A DNA stretch of 64,000 nt, from assembly GCA_964625535.1 (NCBI GenBank), contig CAZVEX010000001.1:128295-192294 (forward strand), read 5' to 3'. The DNA comes from an uncultured Gammaproteobacteria bacterium. Its GTDB lineage: Bacteria > Patescibacteriota > Microgenomatia > Daviesbacterales > UBA10151. Shown piece by piece: positions 39,695 to 47,751 of the stretch (positions within the stretch are counted from its first letter, which is position 1; every line of letters starts with the position of its first letter). Both the position numbers and the translations under genes were made by a program. The notes under the pieces are model-generated. The model worked only from the letters and a program-made list of their open reading frames with translations, did not search any database and was not told where the DNA came from.

Positions 39695-40772
39695 AAATTA
39701 TCTGGCGGGTAAGTACTCAAGGCTTTATTCCAGGGAAACGTTTGTAGCGGTTTGCGGGTCTGTCGGAAAAACGGTCGCCACTCTGGCGGCGGGTAAGGTT
39801 TTGTCTCAAAAGTATAAAACTATAACTACCAATCCATACCACGATCCCGCAGCCGCCGCTGTCGCAACCATTCTAAAATTAAATCCGACTACTAAAAGGG
39901 GAGTGTTTGAAGTAGCTATCAAATACCCGGGACAGATGGATTTTTATCTGTCTTTAATTCAACCTAAAACGGTTTTGGTTACCAAAGCAGACAGGGAGGT
40001 GCAGGACGATATGATTAAACTGGTGGAACAAATACCCAGAGACGGAAGCTTAATTATAAGTTTTGATGATATAGTCGGCAAAAAATTGGCAGAAAAATGC
40101 AAAGGTAGAGTGCTTTATTTTGGCGAGGATCCCCAAAACTGTACGATTTGGGCTGGCAACATCAAAACGGAAAATTTTAGTACCTCCTTTGAATTGAATT
40201 TGGGAGTAGAGAGAGTAAAAGTGATTTTTCCTTATTTGGGCAGGCACCATGTTTACTGCGCTATGGCAGGCGCTTTACTGGGAGTTTTGGAGAATATTCC
40301 TTTGACCAAAATAAAAATAGCTCTGGAATCTCTCATTCCTTTGGAACATCACCTGCAAATTATAGAGGGACCAAACGATTCGACGATCTTGGATGATACT
40401 GTAAACGCTACACCTTTATCCGTGGAATCGGCAATAGATACCCTGATGCAAATCCCCGCTCGCAGAAGAGTGTTGGTTCTGGGGGAGATGAAAGATTTAG
40501 GGGATTTATCGGACAGAGTGCACCGCCTGGTTGCTCAAAAAATTTATAAGGAGAAGTTAGACTTGGTTTTTTTGGGTACGGGAGCAGCTTTGGTAGTAGC
40601 AGATGAATTAAAAAATTTAGGTTTTTGGGAAGAAAAAATTGAATCAAATTTACAAAATTCGCAGATGGTTGTCAGGTTACTTAAGATTTTAGGAAGCGGT
40701 GACGTTTGCTTGATTAAGGGACAGCGGTCTTCGAGGCTTGATGAGGTGGTAAAAAGGGTTAAAGGGAATTAG
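39687..40772 (+). CDS. murF: Divergent MurF-like ligase
   Basis: GSVGKT, DDTVNA.P.S, VLGEM.DLG, IKGQRS. Confidence 0.7.
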   Translation: MFKNYLAGKYSRLYSRETFVAVCGSVGKTVATLAAGKVLSQKYKTITTNPYHDPAAAAVATILKLNPTTKRGVFEVAIKYPGQMDFYLSLIQPKTVLVTKADREVQDDMIKLVEQIPRDGSLIISFDDIVGKKLAEKCKGRVLYFGEDPQNCTIWAGNIKTENFSTSFELNLGVERVKVIFPYLGRHHVYCAMAGALLGVLENIPLTKIKIALESLIPLEHHLQIIEGPNDSTILDDTVNATPLSVESAIDTLMQIPARRRVLVLGEMKDLGDLSDRVHRLVAQKIYKEKLDLVFLGTGAALVVADELKNLGFWEEKIESNLQNSQMVVRLLKILGSGDVCLIKGQRSSRLDEVVKRVKGN

Positions 40773-40781
40773 AATTAATAT

Positions 40782-41795
40782 ATGCTTTACTTATTGGGAT
40801 TGATTTTAGCGTCTTTTATTGTAACGAGCATTTTCATGGTGCCCTTTATCGATCTGCTCTTTTTTTTAAAGAGAAAATTCCAGCGTCAAACTGCGCTTGC
40901 GAATAGTTCTCAAACCCCCATTCATGACGTCCTGATGAAAGCCGACGAAAAAACTCCGTCGGGTGGGGGAATACTGCTCATATTAATTCTGGCCGTGTTA
41001 TCAATCGGGTTTTATTTCTTAAACTTCCGGACAACGCCGGATGCGGTTACTTTAAAAATTTTACTTTTTACGCTTTTTTCCTTCGGCTCCTTGGGACTTT
41101 TGGATGATATTAAACTGATTTTTACCAGAAGAAAGGGCAAGTTTTTAGGTATGGGCAGGAGGAAATTATTGGGCTTCCAGTTTATCTTGGCCGGTCTGAT
41201 TGGAGCAATGCTTTATTATCTGGCCGGATTAAATAATTTGTATATCACCGGTTTAGGCAATTTTGTCATTGGTCTTTGGTACATACCTCTGGCCGCTTTC
41301 ATTATAGTATCTTTTGCCAATGCTTATAATATTTCCGATGGATTGGACGGTTTATCCGCGGGATTACTTTTGATTTGTCTGTTTGCCTTTTTGGGGATTA
41401 CTTCCAGAGCATTGGATTTAACCCTGGCTTCTTTTATAGGTATTTGGATAGGGGCGTTATTTGCCTTCCTATATTTTAATATCTGGCCCGCCAGAATTTT
41501 CATGGGTGATGGGGGATCTTTTGCTTTCGGAGCTGCTTTAGCGGTGGTTGGACTGCTGACGGGAAAGATCTTAGCGCTGGCGATTATAGGAGGAATGTTT
41601 GTTTTTATTGTCGCTTCATCCTTGTTGCAAATCCTTTCTAAAAAAATGCTTAAAATGAAAATTTTGCCCGTTGCCCCAATTCATATGTATTTCAAATACA
41701 TTGGTTGGGAGGAACCAAAAATTGTGGTCAGGTTCTGGTTGGCCCAGGGACTGCTTGCGATTTTTGGCCTTTGGATAGCATTACTTTCTAAATAA
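40782..41795 (+). CDS. mraY: Phospho-MurNAc-pentapeptide transferase
   Basis: KTPSGGG, GLLDD, NISDGLDGL, IFMGDGGS, GWEE.KIV.RFW. Confidence 0.92.
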   Translation: MLYLLGLILASFIVTSIFMVPFIDLLFFLKRKFQRQTALANSSQTPIHDVLMKADEKTPSGGGILLILILAVLSIGFYFLNFRTTPDAVTLKILLFTLFSFGSLGLLDDIKLIFTRRKGKFLGMGRRKLLGFQFILAGLIGAMLYYLAGLNNLYITGLGNFVIGLWYIPLAAFIIVSFANAYNISDGLDGLSAGLLLICLFAFLGITSRALDLTLASFIGIWIGALFAFLYFNIWPARIFMGDGGSFAFGAALAVVGLLTGKILALAIIGGMFVFIVASSLLQILSKKMLKMKILPVAPIHMYFKYIGWEEPKIVVRFWLAQGLLAIFGLWIALLSK

Positions 41796-41798
41796 GAT

Positions 41799-42902
41799 AT
41801 GAGGCGAGCAATTATACATCTTAAGTCTCAAAAAAAAACCTTTGATTTACCGCTTTTTGTAACCGTTTTAATACTGGTGTTATTTGGTTTATTGATGGTT
41901 TATGATGCCTCATCAATACAAGCCTTAAGAGATTTTAAAGACAGCTATTATTATATTCGGCAGCAGCTTTTATGGGTGGCGCTGGGAGTGGTTTCCATGT
42001 TATTCTTTGCCAATTTTAGTTATCGCAAGTTTAAAGCTTTGGCCGCTCCTCTGCTGGCGGTTTCTTTTATACTGCTACTCTCGGTTTTTATCCCCGGTTT
42101 AGGGGTAGCCGGAGGAGGAGCTCATCGATGGCTAAAACTGGGTTGGGTCACAGTTCAGCCTGCGGAAATTATGAAGCTCGCTGCAGCGATATTTTTGGCC
42201 TCTTTATTCGAGAAAAAAACTCGGATAATACCTTTTGTAATACTTATTGTGGCAGTTTCAGGGGTTACTGCCGTTTTGCAAAAGGATTTGGGATCAACAT
42301 TGGTTTTTACATTAAGCAGTTTGCTGTTGTATTTTGCAGCAGGAGGTCCCCTGTGGCACTATTTGCTATTTTTGCCTCCTGCCGCAGGAGCAATACTAGC
42401 TTTGATATTTATTTCTCCCTATCGCAGTAAGAGAATTCTGGCCTTTTTGGATCCTTTTTCCGATCCCCAGGGTTTCACATACCACATATCGCAAGTTTTG
42501 ATTGCGCTGGGAACAGGCGGTTTATTGGGATTGGGATTGGGTCAGTCCAGACAAAAATTTGAGTATATCCCGGAAGTCAGCACGGATTCTATTTTTGGCA
42601 TAATAGGGGAGGAGTTAGGATTTTTGGGAGGAGTTTTATTGATTTTGCTTTTTGCCTTTCTGATTTTGCGATGTTTAATAATTGCCCAGAGGTGCAGCGA
42701 TCGCTTCGGCAGAATTTTGGCAGTCGGATTAACATCTTGGCTGGGGATTCAAACTGCTATTAATCTATCCTCCATGGTGGCGCTGCTTCCTTTAACAGGG
42801 GTCCCCTTACCATTTATCTCTTACGGCGGCTCGGCATTACTAGCAAATCTGACAGCCATAGGAATTTTACTTAATATTTCAAAATCAGAAGGAGCTGGAT
42901 GA
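41799..42902 (+). CDS. ftsW: SEDS peptidoglycan polymerase FtsW
   Basis: RW....QPAE..K, GLGQSRQK...PE..TD.IF, TGVPLPFISYGGS. Confidence 0.94.
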   Translation: MRRAIIHLKSQKKTFDLPLFVTVLILVLFGLLMVYDASSIQALRDFKDSYYYIRQQLLWVALGVVSMLFFANFSYRKFKALAAPLLAVSFILLLSVFIPGLGVAGGGAHRWLKLGWVTVQPAEIMKLAAAIFLASLFEKKTRIIPFVILIVAVSGVTAVLQKDLGSTLVFTLSSLLLYFAAGGPLWHYLLFLPPAAGAILALIFISPYRSKRILAFLDPFSDPQGFTYHISQVLIALGTGGLLGLGLGQSRQKFEYIPEVSTDSIFGIIGEELGFLGGVLLILLFAFLILRCLIIAQRCSDRFGRILAVGLTSWLGIQTAINLSSMVALLPLTGVPLPFISYGGSALLANLTAIGILLNISKSEGAG

Positions 42903-43963
42903 AGATTTTGGTAACCGGCGCACATTTTACGCCGGCTGTTGCCACAATTGAAGAGTTTAAGAAAAACTACAAGCATGAGGTGGTTTATGTGGGAAGAAAA
43001 ACTCCCCTTGAGGGAGATAATACTCCATCCGCAGAATCACAGGTTTTGCCAAGGCTGGGAGTAGAATTTATCTCCCTTATAACAGGAAGACTTCAAAGAG
43101 AATTTACCGTCTATACAATTCCTTCGCTTCTGAAGATACCGGTAGGTTTTTTGCAAGCCCCCGTAATTTTATTAAAAGAAAAACCGGATGTGGTTTTATC
43201 CTTTGGAGGTTATGTTGCTGTTCCCGTTGTGATCTGGGCCTGGCTTTTCTCAATTCCCATCATTATTCATGAGCCGGCGATTATATCGGGTTTGGCTAAC
43301 AAAATATCCGCATATTTCGCAAATAAAATTGCCGTTTCTTTTCCGATCAAATATCCCTACCCGGAAGAAAAAACCGCGGTTACCGGAAATCCCATGCGCA
43401 GAGAAATTAAGGATGCCATAAATATCAGCAAGAGGGGAAAACCCGCTATTTTAGTAACAGGCGGCAATCAGGGCTCGCATGTCATTAATATGGCGGTTGA
43501 GGAGTGTCTTGATAAACTTACTAAAATAGTCAAAGTAGTTCATCAAACAGGCGACTCAAAATTTGGCGATTACGATAGACTAAAACAAAAACAAAATGAA
43601 AATTATAGGGTAGAAAAGTTTATTAGTAATGGATGGGGACAGCTGTTGCAGGAATGCGATTTGGCAGTTTCAAGGGCAGGCATAAATACCTTAAGCGAGC
43701 TGGCATATCTGGGGAAACCAGTTTTGGTCATTCCCATTGCCGGGCATCTGGAACAAAACGTAAGCGCAAGGTATTTTGAAAATTTAGGACTGGCAAAAAT
43801 TTTACCCCAATCAAAGCTCTCTGGAGGGAGCTTACTGCTGAATATTAAGAAGATGCTTAAAAATTTAAATCAATTAAAAATTAAAGCAGGTAGCTTAAAA
43901 AAAAACATTATTAAAGATGGCGCAAAAAAACTTGCTTTGGAAACAGTTCTTTTGAAATCATGA
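42899..43963 (+). CDS. murG: Lipid II GlcNAc transferase MurG
   Basis: GGYVA.P, HE, TGNP.R, GGNQGS, SRAG..T..E, EQ..SA. Confidence 0.93.
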   Translation: MKILVTGAHFTPAVATIEEFKKNYKHEVVYVGRKTPLEGDNTPSAESQVLPRLGVEFISLITGRLQREFTVYTIPSLLKIPVGFLQAPVILLKEKPDVVLSFGGYVAVPVVIWAWLFSIPIIIHEPAIISGLANKISAYFANKIAVSFPIKYPYPEEKTAVTGNPMRREIKDAINISKRGKPAILVTGGNQGSHVINMAVEECLDKLTKIVKVVHQTGDSKFGDYDRLKQKQNENYRVEKFISNGWGQLLQECDLAVSRAGINTLSELAYLGKPVLVIPIAGHLEQNVSARYFENLGLAKILPQSKLSGGSLLLNIKKMLKNLNQLKIKAGSLKKNIIKDGAKKLALETVLLKS

Positions 43964-44664
43964 GAAAAAAGATAAAACTAACTATCCTGGTGGCCATCAC
44001 AATAATATTTCTATTATTGGGTATCTATTTAATTTTTTTTACTAAATTTTTTATTGTCAAATCTGTGGAGGTTGAAGGGAACTTAACTTGTGTTGATAGG
44101 GAAAATCTTTTGGGGAGCATGGAAATCGTTGGCTCAAATTTTTTTTTGATACAAAACTTAGCTATTGAAGAAAAACTTAAAGACAGGTTTACTTGTATAA
44201 AATCAGTTAAAGTTTTTAAAAAATTCCCCAACCGGATTTTTTTGGAAGTTAAAAACCGCTCCCCGCAAGCAAAGTTTTTCGTTTTGAAAAATCAGGAAAG
44301 CACCCCTTCCGCCGTGGAAGATTTTTCCTTAGTTGACGAGGAGGGAGTGCTTTTTTCCGGCAGCGATGGTGCAGGCTTAAAAATTTATTCGGAACACAAA
44401 GATAAAGATATAAAAAAGATTCTTTTGGTATTGAATAAGACAAAATTTTTTGGTATAGAGATTATGGAAGCAAGCATTGTTGAGGATACCTTGCTAATAC
44501 ATTCGGTGCCGAAAATTATCTTTGCTCTCGAGAAAGATATTGATATGCAAATTGCATCTTTACAACTGATCTTAAGTAAAGCTAAAATAGACGAAGAAAC
44601 AATAGAGTTTATCGATTTGCGATTTGATAAACCTGTGGTTCGGTTTGCCCCAAAGAAAAAATAA
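43960..44664 (+). CDS. ftsQ: FtsQ/DivIB-like protein
   Basis: TM plus POTRA-like region (KKFPN.I...V..R), C-terminal IDLRF, located before ftsA. Confidence 0.8.
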   Translation: MRKKIKLTILVAITIIFLLLGIYLIFFTKFFIVKSVEVEGNLTCVDRENLLGSMEIVGSNFFLIQNLAIEEKLKDRFTCIKSVKVFKKFPNRIFLEVKNRSPQAKFFVLKNQESTPSAVEDFSLVDEEGVLFSGSDGAGLKIYSEHKDKDIKKILLVLNKTKFFGIEIMEASIVEDTLLIHSVPKIIFALEKDIDMQIASLQLILSKAKIDEETIEFIDLRFDKPVVRFAPKKK

Positions 44665-44665
44665 T

Positions 44666-45970
44666 ATGGCCAAAGACAAAATAATCTGCGGAATAGATGT
44701 CGGCTCCTCTAAAATTGCCACTCTGATAGCATCAGTTGATGAGTCCGCCTCTGGCGGAGGAAAAATTAACCTGATTGGTGTTTCCAGTACTGCTTCCAAG
44801 GGCGTAAGAAAAAATCAGGTGGTGGATATTGACGAAGCTGTTGACGCTATTACCGAATCGGTTGAAGCGTCAGAGCGAATGGCCGGTTATTCCATCTCCT
44901 CCGCCTTTGTTTCCCTGGGAGGGCCGCAGGTAGAAAGTACCAATTCCCATGCCGTGGTGGCAGCGTCGGAACCGGAAGGAGAAATTAAAGAGAGTGATAT
45001 TTTAAGAGTTCAAGACGGCGCTAAAGCCATTGCACTCCCTTCATCGCGTGAGATTTTACATGTTATCCCCCGCACTTTCACGGTTGACGGTCAGGAAGGA
45101 ATTAAAGACCCCATTGGCATGACAGGAGTAAGACTGGAAACGGAAACTCATATCATAACCGGTTCTACTACCTCAATGAGGAATTTGGTCAAATGCATTC
45201 AGGAAGTGGGTATAGATGTGGAAGAGCTGGTTTTCGGTGGCATAGCTTCATCACTGTCTGTTTTGACGGATACGGAAAAAGAGCTGGGGGTGGTACTGGT
45301 TGATATAGGAGGGGAAACTACGGATGTGGTGGTATTTGTTGACGGGTCGGTTGCCTATTCTGCGGTGATACCAATTGGAGCAAGACACATTACTTCGGAT
45401 ATGGCTGTGGGACTTAGGATTTCTTTGGAATCGGCAGAAAAAATAAAGCTGGCTTTAGGTAGAAAACAAAAAACTCCGGTTCTGCCGGAGGGGGAGGAAG
45501 AAAAATCAGAGCCTGTTAGAAAAAAGGAGGAGGAGTTGCTTGACGTTAAAGCCATAGGTATTGAGGAAGATGTGCAAAAAATTTCCAGAAAGGCAGTCGT
45601 TGACGGAATAATCAGACCCAGGCTTCAGGAAATATTTAAGTTTGTCGGTAAAGAGCTTAAAAAGAGCGGATTTGGCACTCAAGTTCCTTCCGGTTTGGTT
45701 ATTTGCGGTGGAGGGGCCCAAACCGCCGGGGTTTTGGAACAGGCTAAATATGTCCTGGGTTTTCCCGCCAGGGTCGGCAAAATCGAAGGTTTAGGAGGTT
45801 TGGTTGATGAGATTGAATCGCCCTCTTTTGCGACTGCAGCCGGTTTAATTCTTTACGGAGTCAGCCAAAAAAGTCACGGGGAAATCCACCTGCCGGTTCT
45901 TTCCGGCAATCTGCCGCTTAAAGGTTATTTGCAAAAGGGTATAGCCCTAATTAAATCGTTCCTGCCTTAA
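44666..45970 (+). CDS. ftsA: Cell division protein FtsA
   Basis: GIDVGSSKI, DPIGM.G.RLE, VDIGGETT, HITSD, CGGGA. ATG at 44666. Confidence 0.96.
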   Translation: MAKDKIICGIDVGSSKIATLIASVDESASGGGKINLIGVSSTASKGVRKNQVVDIDEAVDAITESVEASERMAGYSISSAFVSLGGPQVESTNSHAVVAASEPEGEIKESDILRVQDGAKAIALPSSREILHVIPRTFTVDGQEGIKDPIGMTGVRLETETHIITGSTTSMRNLVKCIQEVGIDVEELVFGGIASSLSVLTDTEKELGVVLVDIGGETTDVVVFVDGSVAYSAVIPIGARHITSDMAVGLRISLESAEKIKLALGRKQKTPVLPEGEEEKSEPVRKKEEELLDVKAIGIEEDVQKISRKAVVDGIIRPRLQEIFKFVGKELKKSGFGTQVPSGLVICGGGAQTAGVLEQAKYVLGFPARVGKIEGLGGLVDEIESPSFATAAGLILYGVSQKSHGEIHLPVLSGNLPLKGYLQKGIALIKSFLP

Positions 45971-45979
45971 GTTAGGGGC

Positions 45980-46009
45980 TTGATATTGTTAATAACAATC
46001 TGCTATATT
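45980..46009 (+). promoter_or_regulatory. Putative ftsZ promoter with inverted repeat in the spacer
   Basis: TTGATA-18-TATATT with extended TG; ATTGTT-aat-AACAAT at 45985-45999. Confidence 0.55.
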
Positions 46010-46028
46010 CTGCCCAGAAACGTAATTT

Positions 46029-47192
46029 ATGTTAATTAAACCGGATGTTGCGAGATTTGCCAAAATTAAAGTAATAGGTCTTGGTGGTGGTGGCTCCAAT
46101 TCCTTAAATTCCATGATTTCTCTCCAGCAAATTCAGGGAGTGGAGTTTGTGGCCGTAAATACGGACGCGCAGGCCCTGATGAATAACCAGTCTCCTACCA
46201 AAGTGCAAATAGGCGAGACATTAACTAAAGGTTTAGGTTCGGGAGGCGATCCTGAAGTTGGCCGTCAGGCAGCGGATGAATCTACTCCAAAATTGCAAGA
46301 CGTACTGCAGGATGCGGATATGGTTTTTTTGACAGCCGGTATGGGCGGGGGAACAGGTACAGGTTCAATTCCGATTGTTGCCCAGATTGCCAAGAGCGTA
46401 GGGGCATTGACTGTGGCTGTTGTCACCAAGCCTTTTGCTTTTGAGGGTACAAGAAGAATGATGGTGGCGGAAGAAGGGGTGGAGACCTTAAAAGATAAAG
46501 TAGACGCACTCATTATTATTCCCAATCAAAGACTTTTGGAAACTGTTGAAAAAAATATGACCTTGCAGGAAGCATTTAAGCTGGCAGATTCGGTTTTGGG
46601 TCAGGGTGTACAGGGAATTTCCGACCTTATTGTTATGCCCGGGTTGATTAATGTGGATTTTGCGGATGTGAAAACCATCATGAGTAATGCCGGATCGGCC
46701 TTAATGGGGATTGGAGTAGCCGGAGGAGAAAACAGAGCCTCTGCGGCAGCCAGAATGGCCATATCCAGTCCTTTACTCGAGGTCTCAATTGAGGGAGCAA
46801 AAGGGGTATTATTTAATATTGTGGGCGGGCCGGATCTTTCCATGACGGAAGTAAATGAGGCGGCCCAAATTATCGCTCAAGCGGCAGACCCTGATGCCAA
46901 TATTATATTTGGAGCCACCATCAAAGAAGATCAACTAGATCAGATTAAAGTGTCGGTGATAGCCACCGGTTTTGATGAGACCAGAAGAAGGCTGCGGGAA
47001 TATGTGGGGACAGGAATTGGCTCGGCTTCACTGGGAGTTCAACCACAAGCCTGGACAGATACAACCGCTCCTTCTGCAGATGAGGAAGAACTTCCTCAAG
47101 AAGCAGAGGAAAGTGGGGAAGAAAAAGAGAAAGAAAGAGAAAAAGAAGAAGAAGACCTCGAAATCCCGGCTTTTTTAAGGAGTAATCGGTAA
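46029..47192 (+). CDS. ftsZ: Cell division protein FtsZ
   Basis: GMGGGTGTG, INVDFAD, C-terminal IPAFLR. Confidence 0.98.
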   Translation: MLIKPDVARFAKIKVIGLGGGGSNSLNSMISLQQIQGVEFVAVNTDAQALMNNQSPTKVQIGETLTKGLGSGGDPEVGRQAADESTPKLQDVLQDADMVFLTAGMGGGTGTGSIPIVAQIAKSVGALTVAVVTKPFAFEGTRRMMVAEEGVETLKDKVDALIIIPNQRLLETVEKNMTLQEAFKLADSVLGQGVQGISDLIVMPGLINVDFADVKTIMSNAGSALMGIGVAGGENRASAAARMAISSPLLEVSIEGAKGVLFNIVGGPDLSMTEVNEAAQIIAQAADPDANIIFGATIKEDQLDQIKVSVIATGFDETRRRLREYVGTGIGSASLGVQPQAWTDTTAPSADEEELPQEAEESGEEKEKEREKEEEDLEIPAFLRSNR

Positions 47193-47725
47193 TGCCCGAA
47201 AAAGGAAAAAAAGAACCCCCTGCCATATCTACAGTTGGATTTACTCCCAAAGGACGAGAACTATTAACAAATGGTTTAGGATCAGACAGTTTTGCACAGC
47301 GATTACAAGCAACTTCAGGTATGGTAGAAAGAGCTGAAATATACAGAGATGAGCTATACAGGGTAATGGGTATACTTGATTCAGCTAGATCAAGATTGTT
47401 AGATACGGCCTTGAGTGGAGCTTTTGCATTAGCACGGCTAGAAGTCGAGACATCGGCGAGTATCAGAGTTGGTGGAGTTTCAGGTTTTGTACTGAGGGAG
47501 TTAAAGATCCAAGAAAGCGAAGAAGGAGCAGTCTATATTAACCTTCCTGAAGCCGCAAGAAAGGGATTAGAGGAAATGGCTAGGTATCAAGAAAGAGTGG
47601 GAGAAGCAGAGGGGCGTTTAGATGCAGTGAGATCGATTTGGGATGTATTATGGTTAGGATCTGAGTTAGATCAGTTGTTAAGAAAATCACCACTCCTTAG
47701 AGGAACACCAGACTCTAGCCATTAA
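47192..47725 (+). CDS. Orphan hypothetical protein
   Basis: 177-aa ORF starting in a TAATG overlap with ftsZ; fills the gap to ileS. Confidence 0.65.
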   Translation: MPEKGKKEPPAISTVGFTPKGRELLTNGLGSDSFAQRLQATSGMVERAEIYRDELYRVMGILDSARSRLLDTALSGAFALARLEVETSASIRVGGVSGFVLRELKIQESEEGAVYINLPEAARKGLEEMARYQERVGEAEGRLDAVRSIWDVLWLGSELDQLLRKSPLLRGTPDSSH

Positions 47726-47751
47726 ATTAGGATTCTGTTAAAATTTATCTC

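Noticed and set aside
47080-47156. Purine-rich GAA/AAAG run at the ftsZ 3' end
   Set aside because: Encodes the ordinary acidic FtsZ linker.
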